A stretch of 64,000 nt of DNA from Calditrichia bacterium (GTDB lineage Bacteria > Calditrichota > Calditrichia > JAJRVZ01), in contig CAWCNS010000007.1 of the NCBI GenBank assembly GCA_963796965.1, positions 128,001 through 192,000 on the forward strand. Direction: 5' to 3'. This document shows positions 50,517-61,882 of the stretch, in pieces. Position numbers and translations under genes: made by a program. Position 1 is the first letter of the stretch, and every line of letters starts with the position of its first letter. A model generated the notes under the pieces. The model saw only the letters and a list, made by a program, of their open reading frames with translations. It was not told the origin of the DNA and ran no database searches.

Positions 50517-53295
50517 ATGAAAACATATTTTAAAATGTATCATACTATAAGTCGGATTTTTCTTTTTACTATTTTACTCATACCCGGAATAATATTAGCT
50601 GAGGAGGACCTGGTGTTACAGAACTTAAAAGTCGAATACAAGATAAATCCTCTTGGTATTGATGTCATGAAACCGAGGCTGAGTTGGGAAATTCGATCTG
50701 ATAAACAAAATACCATGCAAACAGCCTATGAGTTACGATGCTCTGCGTCAGAATCACAGATTCAGAAGGATGAGAATCTTATTTGGAAGGTTAAGGAATC
50801 TTCAGACCAGTCCATCCATGTGCCTTACGAGGGACCTGACTTACAATCAAGACAGCGGGTTTACTGGCAGGTAAGGATTTGGGATAATCACGGACGTGTG
50901 TCAGATTGGAGTAAAGCAAGCTTTCTGGGAAATGGGTTTATTGCATGTAAGTGATTGGCAGGCAGAATGGATTGAAGCAGAGATTGAAGAGGATATCACA
51001 ATCCCTCAACCAGCCCAGTATTTAAGAAGGACTTTTAAGAAAAAAACAGAGATAAAATTAGCACGACTATATATTACAAGTCATGGACTTTATGAGACCT
51101 TTCTTAATGGAAAACGGATTGGTGATCAGGTATTTACGCCCGGATGGACAAGTTATAATAAACAGTTACAATATCAGGTATATGATGTATCGGAATTGCT
51201 TTCCGATGGTGAAAACGTCATGGGTGTAACTCTTGGTGATGGATGGTACAGAGGATACCTGGCCTGGAAAGACCGGAAAAATGTTTATGGAGAATCGTTA
51301 GGATTACTTGCCCAACTCGAAATAGTCTATGAGGATGGAGAAAAACAGGTTGTGGTCACAGATGAGAGATGGAAATCTACCAATAATGGCCCCATTATTA
51401 TGTCTGATATTTATATGGGGGAAACCTACGATGCTCAAAAAGAAATGCCCGGGTGGGCCACAAATGATTTTAATGATGATTCATGGAAGAGATGTAATAT
51501 CATAAGAAGTCTGAAAAATCACCTGGTGGCATCATTCGGCCCACCTGTGAAAAAAATTGAAGAAGTAAAACCAGTTAAAATCATCCCGAAAGATAACGGT
51601 AGATATATTATTGATATGGGTCAAAATATGGTTGGGTGGTTGCGGTTAAAAATTACAGCGGAAAAGGGATCGCAAGTAATCGTAAGGCATACTGAAGTTC
51701 TTGATAAATATGGAGAATTTTATACCGAGAATCTGCGCGCTGCAAAGCAAACCATCATCTATACCTGCAGAGGAGGGGGTGAAGAGATATTTGAACCTCA
51801 TTTTTCTTTTCAGGGTTTTCGATTTGTTGAGTTATCCGGATTCCCTGGTAAGCCCGATCTCGAAAGTATTACTGGGATTGTGATACATTCAGACATGACA
51901 CCGACGGGAAGTTTTATTTGCTCTGATGATCTAATCAACCAATTACAGCACAATATTCAATGGGGATTAAAAGGAAATTTTCTTGATGTTCCGACGGACT
52001 GTCCACAACGGGATGAACGCCTGGGTTGGACTGGTGATGCTCAGGTCTTTGCGCCGACGGCCTGTTTCAATGTTGATGCCGCCGCTTTTTATACAAAATG
52101 GATGAAAGATCTGGCCCTGGATCAGGGTGAGGATGGAAAAGTAAATGATGTCATTCCCGATGTATTAAATGGAGGTGGTGGACATACAGGCTGGGCGGAT
52201 GCATCGATTGTTATGCCCTGGACAGTATACCTGAATTATGGTGATAAAAGAATTCTTGCAGAATCAATATGAAAGTATGAAAGCCTGGATTGGCTATATG
52301 GAGAATAAAGCCGGTGATATCTTATCTCTGGCAAAATGATCAACATTACGGTGATTGGCTTTCCTATGCTTCTACCAGCTCAGCCTATATGGGGGCTTAT
52401 ACAGAAACGGATCTCATCGCTTCAGCCTATTTTGCCTATTCATCCACTTTGATGAGCAAAATCGCTAGGATACTGGGCCGTTCGGAAGATGCCAGGCAAT
52501 ACCAGGAACTGGCTGACAAGATTAAGAAGGCATTTTTTAATGAATTTGTTACACCCAATGGCAGACTTGTATCCCATACGCAAACAGCTTACACCTTAGC
52601 GCTTGCAATGGATATCTTACCGGACTCATTTCGTAAAAAAGCGGCAGAATATCTTAACCAAAACGTTAAACGGTTTGAACATATCACCACCGGATTCCTC
52701 GGTACACCACTCATCTCTCAGACATTAACTGACTATGGATATCTTGATACAGCCTTATATGCTGCTCAATCGCAAAGAATATCCCTCCTGGTTATATCCG
52801 GTTACCATGGGGGCAACAACAATATGGGAAAGGTGGGATGGAATAAAACCGGATTCTACGTTTCAAAACCCTGGTATGAACTCCCTTAATCATTATGCTT
52901 ATGGAGCAATTGGTAAGTGGCTGTACAGTACAGTGGCCGGAATTGATATTGATGAAGAATATCCCGGTTACAAGAATATCATAATCAAGCCACATCCTGG
53001 AGGTGGATTAACCCATGCCAAAGCGGAGATTAATACCATGTATGGTGTTGCATCTTCTTCATGGGAGATGGAGGGTGATCAAATTTTATTAAATATAGTT
53101 ATCCCTGTAAATTCGATTTCTAATATATATTTACCGGTTAATGATTTAGAAACAGTTGTCGTGGATGATAAATCTGTAACTGAAAATAGTGAAGTGAACA
53201 TAGTGAGACCTAAAGATGGCAGGCCATATATAAAATCAGGATCCGGATCTTATAAAATGATTTTTAAACACAAAACTGTTGAAAAGAATAAGTAA
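50517..53295 (+). CDS. Alpha-L-rhamnosidase, GH78 (several apparent frameshifts)
   Basis: NPLGID..KPRLSW, DMGQNMVGW, FQGFRFV, PTDCPQRDERLGWTGDAQ, TGFLGT, GATTIWERW, MNSLNHYAYG. Confidence 0.9.
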
Positions 53296-53314
53296 TGCCA
53301 ATTCTGAAGGGATA

Positions 53315-54454
53315 TTAAACGGCAATCTTTTTGAGTTTTGGTTCCTGATTGTCTGATAGGAGAGCAGCTCTCTGGTATTCCTGATCTAATTGGTTAAATA
53401 ATTCCTTCACAGAGATAATCTCCCGGACACGATAAGCATTGGCTCCTGCAAAAGTGTAACCTTCTTCCACATTTCCTTTCTGGGCATTTGTCAATGCTTT
53501 GGCAATGCAGTAGGGTGCTTCACGAAAACTACAGGTTTTCAAGCATTTCCATGGACACTGAAATGGTTTCCTCTCTCCGGCAGATACTTCATCAAGAAAT
53601 TTATTGCGAATTGCCCTGCCTGGTAAGCCAACAGGACTCTGAATGATGGCAAGATCTTCTTTTTTGCAATTAATATAGGCCTCTTTAAATGCCAGAGAAG
53701 CGTCGCATTCATGAGTCGCCACAAAACGGGTTCCCATTTGCACACCCTGTACACCCATTTCCATGATTTTGTATATATCTGCACCGCTGTAGATTCCCCC
53801 GGCAGCAATGACGGGTATACTTTTTTCAGATGTTAATTCAAAACGCTTGACAACCGATAATACTTCAGGAAGTAACTCTTCCAGAGCATAGTCAGAATTG
53901 AAAATCTGTTCTCTTTTAAATCCCAGATGGCCTCCTGCCTTAGGTCCCTCAACTACGACGAGATCAGGCACATGGTTGAATCTTTTTTGCCAGGATTGAA
54001 ATATCAATTGGGCAGCTCGCCCAGATGAGACAATAACACCTACCTTGGTTATTCCTTTTTTTAGACGATCTATTGAGATGGATTCTGGAAGTTTCAAAGG
54101 CAACCCGGCCCCAAGAAAGATGATATCAACTTCTTCGTCAAATGCAATTTTGACCAACTCATCATAATCTGAAATAGCCACCATGATGTTTAGGCCTATA
54201 GGTCCATTGGTCAGAGTACGGGCGGCGCGAATTTCCCTAATAAGTCGTTTTTTATTACCTTCCCTATAACTTGTCTTGGGATCATCTTCCAGAAGACCTA
54301 GGGCAACGGATGAAATAACACCAATCCCGCCTTCATTTGTGACGGCTGAGGCCAGGCCTGACATGGAAATACCAACACCCATACCTCCCTGAATTACAGG
54401 TTTTTTGACCGTCAGATTATTAATGTTTAAAACTGGCATTTGTATGGCATTCAT
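53315..54454 (-). CDS. Nitronate monooxygenase / FabK-like flavin oxidoreductase
   Basis: PVIQGGMGVG, VEGPKAGGHLG, PVIAAGG, GVQMGTRF, SPVGLPGRA. Confidence 0.88.
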   Translation of the reverse strand: MNAIQMPVLNINNLTVKKPVIQGGMGVGISMSGLASAVTNEGGIGVISSVALGLLEDDPKTSYREGNKKRLIREIRAARTLTNGPIGLNIMVAISDYDELVKIAFDEEVDIIFLGAGLPLKLPESISIDRLKKGITKVGVIVSSGRAAQLIFQSWQKRFNHVPDLVVVEGPKAGGHLGFKREQIFNSDYALEELLPEVLSVVKRFELTSEKSIPVIAAGGIYSGADIYKIMEMGVQGVQMGTRFVATHECDASLAFKEAYINCKKEDLAIIQSPVGLPGRAIRNKFLDEVSAGERKPFQCPWKCLKTCSFREAPYCIAKALTNAQKGNVEEGYTFAGANAYRVREIISVKELFNQLDQEYQRAALLSDNQEPKLKKIAV

Positions 54455-54530
54455 AGAATTATATCTTTCATTAGTAAATATTTTTACGACTATAGAAACA
54501 TACTATGAGTATACACATTTAATGGGTCTG

Positions 54531-54563
54531 GTATGTAATACTAATGTAAAAGTAATGTAAAAG
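54531..54563 (-). promoter_or_regulatory. Candidate OmpR/PhoB-family binding site (three 11-bp tandem repeats)
   Basis: GTATGTAATAC TAATGTAAAAG TAATGTAAAAG (TTACA every 11 bp on the minus strand), upstream of the oxidoreductase. Confidence 0.45.
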
Positions 54564-54594
54564 TTTAAAAGGGTAGGTATAGAACAATAAGGTT

Positions 54595-54808
54595 AAAGTT
54601 GGCTTTTATGTTCAATGAACCCAGAGAACGTGTCACATTGTCCATGTTCTTTCATTTTAGCACGGCGTTGGTTGCAGGGAGGAAGATCCTTTTCCCGAGA
54701 TGCGATCCCGTTCCGGGACAAGCTAACAGCAAACGCAATCAATCCAAGTATCAGCACCTTGTCAGGATATCACAATTAAAAAATTTGTGTAAACATGTAG
54801 TCAAGACA
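54595..54808 (-). mobile_element. MITE copy A (one terminal repeat visible; carries a 27-bp palindromic insert)
   Basis: Reverse complement aligns with 57873-58055 (TTTACACA, AATTGTGATA, TGCGTTTG, AAAGGATCTTCCTCC, CTAAAATGAA, GACAATGTGACA). Insert at 54693-54719. Confidence 0.75.
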
Positions 54809-54899
54809 GGGCATATTATTCATGCAATTCTTAAGTATCTGAATAAAAATAAAAAATGAGTTATCGTCTATATCAACATTTTAAGCAGATCCTTTAAAT

Positions 54900-56957
54900 T
54901 CAGATACCCAATTGGTATGAAAACTTAATAAAGGCGATTTGATTTCTCTGAGTAATAGGAAGATCAATTGGTGAAAGTTTTTCTGTGGTATAAATAAAAT
55001 AGAGGGCACCAAATGGGGGCTGAAATCGCCACCCAAATAGTCCATATAAATAAATTCTATCTAATCCGGCGTTGTTTTGGGCCAAAAGGCGTATCCATAA
55101 GTCCCTGGTGAAATTATAATCTGCTGTGACGATATTGATGGTGGTGGAATTCTGAGAAAAATCGGGAACATACCGTAGTTTGTTAAATTCATAAGTCAAC
55201 GCCAAATTTGTAAATAAGCGCAAACGGATTCCTGAGCTAATCAAAGTAAAGTTACGATCAAAATTATCTCCCCATGTATACTCAACTTTTGCTGATGCCC
55301 ATTCATCCGTATTATAGCCCAGCCCAACTTCGTATTTGTGGTTATAATACTGTTTCTCATACAATTTATACTCATTGTTATAGGAAATATCCAGACTAAA
55401 ATCATTGTCAAGATAGAAACGGGCATATTCGGTTATATACCAGCTGCGCAGGGTTCCTTCATGATTCCAAAATACATTATTTTTGCTTTCTGCTAATATG
55501 TATTTGAAAAAACTTTTCTCAAACCACCATCGATAGGTAATATCGCTATCAAATTCCCGCATATCATCATCACGGATAAAACCGGTTTGATTAACATTAT
55601 CGCGAAAGTTTTTGCCGGTATCGGAAAAACGAAGATGATAATGATAAATATTGCTTTCTCTGGCAAATCGAACAAAAAATGCACTGGATTGCCAAAATTT
55701 GCCGGGTGCGCTGGTAACAAATTGGCCGGTAAGTTTCCAGGCATTGCCCAAATTGAGTACATAATCGGCGCTGAATGAACGGCTGTCACCGCTTTGCCAG
55801 TCTTTACCGGCGTAAGTGAAACCAAGGGTTGAAGATTTAAAAATATCCTTTTTTAAGCGCAGTGTGGAGAACACAGCCCTGGGTTGCTTGAGCAATGTGT
55901 CTTCAGAACTTTGTGCAGCCATGGCCGAAATTGTATAATCCCCGATTTTTCCAACCACTTTGCCACCATAATCAATGTCGCCAATACGTCTTGAATAAAA
56001 AGTTTTAATTCTCGTGCTATATAATTCATTTCCCTCAAGAAAAAATAATCTTTTCTCAGGAAAACTTAGTTCCCATCGCGTAAGATTGATTTTTTCCTGA
56101 TCACCTTCAACTGTGGCAAAGTCCGGATTATAGGTGAAGTTGGCAACTAAATTACTTGAAATATTATATCCCAGATCTGCGCCGAATTCAGCTTTAATTT
56201 CCTTATTATGAGAAGAAAGTTTGCTATCCTCATAACGCAGGGTAGAATAGGGGGTTAGGGTAAATGTTCGCTGTTGCCGGGGTAATTCCAGATTTGAAAG
56301 AATCCCTCCTTGGGAGATGCGAAAATCACTATTCATGATGCCGGACCAGTATGATGTTTCTGAATTGATCCTGATTATACGACCAAAATTAATACCCCAT
56401 TCGCTGAGAGACTCGTTATAACTAATGTTTGAGAAAGGAATTGCAATTTCTGCTAACCATCCCCACTCAAATATTTTTGCCGCAGCCTGCCATCCTGCAT
56501 CCCAATTGACGTCAATACTCCGCCCATCATCGGCAATACGTATATCTGTTTGTGTACCCTTGGGATTAACGAAAAAGCCATAACCACTTCTTTTGTCGGA
56601 ATAGGTGTCAAGAATAATGAAAACAGCATCATCGCTTTTTTCAAAATAATCACGAATCTGCATATTGGCAACAATGCTTTCCGGTTGCCGGGTATAGGAT
56701 TTGAATGCAATATAGAGGTGCTTATCATCATAGATCACCCGAACGATGGTTTCTTCTGTGGCTGAAGTACCTTTTTTAGGCTCCATCTGAATAAAACTTG
56801 TGGCAGAATCCGTCGCCATCCATTCATTTTTTTCAATGATGCCATCAATTGTGGGTGGTGTATTAGCCCGATTGGCAGTTAATCGTTTATCCGAAGCATT
56901 AATTAAGGAAACTAAAAGAAGTAAAAATAATATCACCCGCATATTTATACCGATCAA
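54900..56957 (-). CDS. CBM9-like / DUF5916 domain protein
   Basis: PPTIDG...EW, YDDKHLYIAF, W.AEIAIPF, WGINFGR, NPDFATVE.D, FPEKRLFFLEG. Start probably at MRVILF. Confidence 0.82.
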   Translation of the reverse strand: MIGINMRVILFLLLLVSLINASDKRLTANRANTPPTIDGIIEKNEWMATDSATSFIQMEPKKGTSATEETIVRVIYDDKHLYIAFKSYTRQPESIVANMQIRDYFEKSDDAVFIILDTYSDKRSGYGFFVNPKGTQTDIRIADDGRSIDVNWDAGWQAAAKIFEWGWLAEIAIPFSNISYNESLSEWGINFGRIIRINSETSYWSGIMNSDFRISQGGILSNLELPRQQRTFTLTPYSTLRYEDSKLSSHNKEIKAEFGADLGYNISSNLVANFTYNPDFATVEGDQEKINLTRWELSFPEKRLFFLEGNELYSTRIKTFYSRRIGDIDYGGKVVGKIGDYTISAMAAQSSEDTLLKQPRAVFSTLRLKKDIFKSSTLGFTYAGKDWQSGDSRSFSADYVLNLGNAWKLTGQFVTSAPGKFWQSSAFFVRFARESNIYHYHLRFSDTGKNFRDNVNQTGFIRDDDMREFDSDITYRWWFEKSFFKYILAESKNNVFWNHEGTLRSWYITEYARFYLDNDFSLDISYNNEYKLYEKQYYNHKYEVGLGYNTDEWASAKVEYTWGDNFDRNFTLISSGIRLRLFTNLALTYEFNKLRYVPDFSQNSTTINIVTADYNFTRDLWIRLLAQNNAGLDRIYLYGLFGWRFQPPFGALYFIYTTEKLSPIDLPITQRNQIAFIKFSYQLGI

Positions 56958-57195
56958 CTTATCTTTAAATTATATATTAAGAAGCGCGTTCGAATAGTCT
57001 CTGATTCAATCAATAAAATAATTATCAAATTATATGGTACTAATGGGTACTTATCGCTTATTACATTATTTACAATATACATAATATTGGGGAAATTATT
57101 TTTCCTATTCTGACTTAGGAATGTGATATTTAGTGATACTTCATTTTTGAATTAGTGAAGGAAATGAAAATTATGCCTGAGTTTGGAGAAAATAA

Positions 57196-57513
57196 TTACT
57201 CTGTACTTTTTCGAAGGTTTTGTTTCATCTTTTTGCGGGCTTCGGAGGTAAGGGCGGATCCCTTGGGAAGGCGGTTTTCCTCTTCTTCTTGCAGACGTTG
57301 TTCAAAGAGGGTGTGCATTGTTGCCAACTGCTGCTGGTAACGTCGACAAAATTTACAAAACATAACATGAAAGCGAATCTTTAGACGAATTTTTTGTGAT
57401 ATTTTATGGTCCAATGATTCTGAGATCTCTTGTGTAATTACATTGCAAGGTGAGGTTAGTTTATTGATACCCCACCTCATAAAAGTCATTAAATGTTTCA
57501 GGACAATATTCAT
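57196..57513 (-). CDS. zf-HC2 anti-sigma-factor-like protein (orphan)
   Basis: C....EISESLD......LKIRFHVMFCKFCRRY; no ECF sigma gene adjacent. Confidence 0.65.
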   Translation of the reverse strand: MNIVLKHLMTFMRWGINKLTSPCNVITQEISESLDHKISQKIRLKIRFHVMFCKFCRRYQQQLATMHTLFEQRLQEEEENRLPKGSALTSEARKKMKQNLRKSTE

Positions 57514-57872
57514 TTTTTTACCTATCCTAATCTATTCATACCGCAGTAATACTGCAATCAAAAAAAATAACCACCGAGAAACCGTAATAATAATAATTTA
57601 AACACTCGGTGTATTTCGGTGCATTCGGTGGTTTAAAAATCTCTCCTGTCTTTGTGTCTTCGAGAGATTTAAAAATAACTGTAAGAAAATGAAATCTGCT
57701 GCGTCTAAGTGATTCAGAGTTGATTTGATTTTCCCTTCTCCATTATTTATTATATATTTAGTTTTATTATAAGAACCCTTTGCTTTTTACCTATATGCCT
57801 CTTAATATTTTATAAATTTCAAATATAAATAGTCCTGTTTATTCTGTTATCCTGTCTGAATTAAATTGTACC

Positions 57873-58100
57873 GTCTTAGACTATGTGTTTACACATATTT
57901 TAAATTGTGATACCTGACTATGCGTTAATACATTGATTGAATGCGTTTGTTGTCATCCTTAAAGGATCTTCCTCCATGTAACGCAGTACTAAAATGAAGG
58001 AAGATAGACAATGTGACATGTCCCCAGAATTCACTGAATATAATTAGCAACTTTAGTTCTATTCAATTTTTGTCAAAAAGTGTAAACACATGGTCAAGAC
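57873..58100 (+). mobile_element. MITE copy B with terminal inverted repeats
   Basis: Left GTCTTAGACTATGTGTTTACAC; right GTGTAAACACATGGTCAAGAC (reverse complement GTCTTGACCATGTGTTTACAC). No ORF inside. Confidence 0.8.
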
Positions 58101-58142
58101 AACACAAATAAATATATGATTAAACAAAAAGTGAGAAATATT

Positions 58143-59586
58143 ATGAAAACATTTCAATCCTTAGTATTAGTTTTATTATGTCTATTCATTTTCAACACAA
58201 TGGGTTGCTCTGATGGATGGATATCACTTTTTGATGGTCAGTCAATGAAGGGTTGGACAGACTGTTGAGAATGTCGATAGCTGGAAATTACAAGATGGTG
58301 CATTGGTCGCAAAAGGTCCCCGCTCACATTTATTTTATACCGGTGATGTGAATGGTGGTAAATTCAAGAATTTTGAATTTTCTGCAGAAGTTAAAACACT
58401 AACCGCATCAAATTCCGGTATATTCTTTCATACCGAACTACAGGAAACCGGATGGCCCAATAAAGGATACGAAGCACAAGTACTCAATTCTCATCCGAAA
58501 GTGGAACCGGGTAGATATTTTGAAAGAAAAATGACCGGCAGTATTTACGCTGTTCGGAATGCGTGGAAATCTCCTGTACCCGATAATGAATGGTTTCATT
58601 ACCGTATTAAGGTTCAGGGCAAAACGATGCAAACTTTTATAAATGGTAGTTTGATAGTCGAATATACCGAGTCTGATGATCCCTCTGTTATTGAAATTCT
58701 TGGTGAGCAAATGCTCGGTAGCGGTACTTTTGCCTTGCAAGCCCATGACCCAAACAGCACTGTTTACTATAAAAATATAAAAGTCAAACCCCTGCCGGAT
58801 AATCTCGAATCCTCCGGTAAACCAATTAAGAATGGAGAAGTTGATCGGAAACTCATTCTTGCCGGGAAGAAAAATATACCCTTAATGGATTTACATGTAC
58901 ATCTCAAAGGCGGTCTCACTGCTGACCAGGCTTTGGCCAATGCTCGTAAATATGGCCTAACCTACGGGATTGCAGTGAATTGTGGCTTAAAAATGGGCAT
59001 AGAGACGGAAGAAGCTCTTCAGGCATTTATAGCAGCCTATCAAAAGCCGCCAAATACTTTTATGGCCATGCAAGCGGAAGGGCGGGAATGGCTTGATCTT
59101 TTTACCGAAGATACGAGATCAAAATTTGATTATGTATTTACCGATGCCATGACCTGGACAAACAAAAATGGGAAACGGATGCGTCTATGGATAAAGGAAG
59201 AGACCGAGGTCGGTGATCCGCAGGATTTTATGGATCAACTTGTAGATGCTATCGAAAAAATCCTGACTGAGCCTATTGATATCTATGTTAACCCCACTTA
59301 TTTGCCTGATGAAATTGCCGATCAATATGATGAACTGTGGACAGTGGATCGTATGGATCGTGTTATTAAGGCTTTAATGGAAAATGAAGTGGCATTAGAA
59401 ATAAATGATAGACGTGAAATACCAAGTGCAGCGTTTATAATTCGGGCTAAGGAGGCAGGCGTAAAATTTACTTTTGGTACCAATAATGGAGGCTCAAATG
59501 ATTTGGGGCATTTGGCCTATGGTGTCAGGATGATTGAAGAATGTAATTTGAAACCGGATGATATGTGGCAACCGGGAATGAATTAA
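58143..59586 (+). CDS. DUF1080 (3-keto-glycoside hydrolase-like) domain fused to a PHP-like domain; +1 frameshift near 58260
   Basis: ATG at 58143 with signal and GWISLFDGQSMKGW; NSGIFFH, GYEAQ, TGSIY, FALQAHD, YKNIKVK; then DLHVH, QAEGREW, ALEIN, FTFGTN. Confidence 0.8.
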
Positions 59587-59666
59587 TTTAAAATAAATAG
59601 CATGAGGTAATAAATAGGACAACATAACCTCGTTTATTTTATTAGAATTTGAGAAGACCAAAAACA

Positions 59667-60737
59667 TTATTCATTTGGATTATAGTCGTATGGTAGTAAA
59701 TCCGCTAAACGCTCCTTTGACCAAATGCCACGTTTAGTAATCGGGCCGTAGATATTACCTAAAGTATCGATATATGCATATCCCTGATCTAATCTTAACA
59801 TACGAGTTTCAAGAGCACCACTATAATGAAAGTAGTCAAAACCTACGAAGTGACTAAATGAAATTCTTAATAAGGATGAGTTTGCTACTTCTCTACAATC
59901 CAGAATATCTCTTGTCACATGTATTTTGTCGCCTATGCCGCCTATAACAAATAATCTAAAAATTTGCGTGCATACATCATGAGTTAATAGATATAAGACA
60001 TGTCTTAGTGAGCCTTGAAATGTTTTTTGTCGTTCCTCTATCCATTCAGATAATTGCTCCTTATCCTGCGGTATCATTATTTTAAATCTGGGATATATTT
60101 CATAAATGCAGATGTTTTTATAAAAGTCGTATTCAAATTGAACCAATTTGACATCTAGTTGATATCCCAAGGCATTGTTTCTTATTTTTACTGTACTATC
60201 GGAAGAACCGATCAAATTTTTTGTTAGCGAATCAATTTGAAATTCTAAGACTTCAGGATTTAAGATAGTACAGTCATTAGCATTTCTGCTCTGACCGATG
60301 AATTCTCTGGTAAATATTTCCAATTTTTCCAGCCACTGAACGGGTTTATCGGCAATGATTTGGATATTATCAGTACTATATATTAACGGAATTAACTCAA
60401 TTGATTGAGAAAGCGACTGTGATTGAATAATTCTAACTTCAATAGAATGTGTTTCATATCCGACGCAATCGAATACGAGATGATATATTCCCTCGGGAAC
60501 ATTATATATTTTGAAGTTTCCTGTATTATCAGACGCAGCCCCAATTGCTGTATTTGCAAGGAAAATATTTACATTTGAGATGGGTGATTTAGTATTCTTA
60601 TCAAGAATTCTACCTGAAATGTCACTGGTAGCCTGATTGTTGGCTAAAGAATTGTGACAAATAAAATGAACCACTACAATGAGGATGATTTTTGTTAGAT
60701 TCTCGCTTTTCATAACTTTTTGAGTTGTACGACTCAA
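59667..60737 (-). CDS. Carboxypeptidase-regulatory-like domain secreted protein
   Basis: ISGRILDKNTKSPISNVNIFLANTAIGAASDNTGNF; ILNPEVL, NNALGY, LLPYDY. Confidence 0.78.
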   Translation of the reverse strand: MSRTTQKVMKSENLTKIILIVVVHFICHNSLANNQATSDISGRILDKNTKSPISNVNIFLANTAIGAASDNTGNFKIYNVPEGIYHLVFDCVGYETHSIEVRIIQSQSLSQSIELIPLIYSTDNIQIIADKPVQWLEKLEIFTREFIGQSRNANDCTILNPEVLEFQIDSLTKNLIGSSDSTVKIRNNALGYQLDVKLVQFEYDFYKNICIYEIYPRFKIMIPQDKEQLSEWIEERQKTFQGSLRHVLYLLTHDVCTQIFRLFVIGGIGDKIHVTRDILDCREVANSSLLRISFSHFVGFDYFHYSGALETRMLRLDQGYAYIDTLGNIYGPITKRGIWSKERLADLLPYDYNPNE

Positions 60738-61205
60738 TCTAAAAGTAGGGTAGATATATTAGAAATTGCTGAGATTGAATCTATAAGTAGTAACTTACAA
60801 ATATAGTTCACGATTGCAATAAAAACTGTATAACGACAGTCCTTTTTCTATTGGTGATTGGAAAAGCAGATTTAGGATGTATGATAAAACTCGTCTGCTC
60901 GATAGTCAGCCAAACTATAGTTATCTCTATTTATAGGGCGGATATATGAATATTTGATCATAGTATCTAGTCATTGCGATAGACATTATAATCGTCATCT
61001 AATTTGTATAAAAGTTAATCATCATACTAGAATAAAATAGTTATTAGTGCCGTTCAGGAACGGCCACTCCAATTATACACATGAATGTATATTTTGGTAT
61101 TAATTTTATGAAATTGTATAACATCCTTCGGGGAAACCTATTGGGAGAGAATTTATTTTTTTGAATTGTGACCTGATGAAGTTATGGTTGGAAACAGAGG
61201 ATGGA

Positions 61206-61652
61206 TTATGAGCAATCAGAACCGCGTAAGGCTTGTGCTTTACCCGTATTAAATTCTATATCATACCCAGGAATAGCTTTAATCTCATTGCCAAACACTG
61301 TCCTTAATTGGGGTACCACATCTCTTAGTTCAAAATAAATTTGACGGACTACAGGATCCCTGGGATCCAAACCTAATTCGGCTGTCCAGACAAGAAAATC
61401 TTCTGACTCGTCATAGGCTTCACATTCCTGCAGGATAAGGTGAAGTAAAACGGCGGGATGTTTTAAGTCGACGTCCTCATACTCATCCAGAACCGGGATT
61501 GAAATGGATTTTTCTTGAATTTTAACTACTATCCTGCGATAAAATATGGCGTCTAACTCTCTTGACCTATCATGGATCTCAAAGGCAGGATTATATTTTT
61601 TAACTGCAAAAACTAATCTTTCCACTTCGGGATATTTTGTTTCATTTATCAT
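61206..61652 (-). CDS. Hypothetical protein
   Basis: 148-aa ORF with no recognised motif. Confidence 0.6.
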   Translation of the reverse strand: MINETKYPEVERLVFAVKKYNPAFEIHDRSRELDAIFYRRIVVKIQEKSISIPVLDEYEDVDLKHPAVLLHLILQECEAYDESEDFLVWTAELGLDPRDPVVRQIYFELRDVVPQLRTVFGNEIKAIPGYDIEFNTGKAQALRGSDCS

Positions 61653-61882
61653 AACATTCAGATTAACAAATCAGTCGACTTCACGCAAGGAAATATTGCG
61701 TAAGTCCTCGGTGAATCTATTATTTATTTGTTTCAAAAATTTAAATCTTGGCATTGTATATATAATTCCATAATATTTCACTCATGGTCTGCTATTTGAT
61801 ATTTCAATTGTCCTTCAAATTGAAAACCATCCAGAGGCTTTACCCTGTGGTTTTCCATTTTTACATAAAGGGTTGAAGTAAA

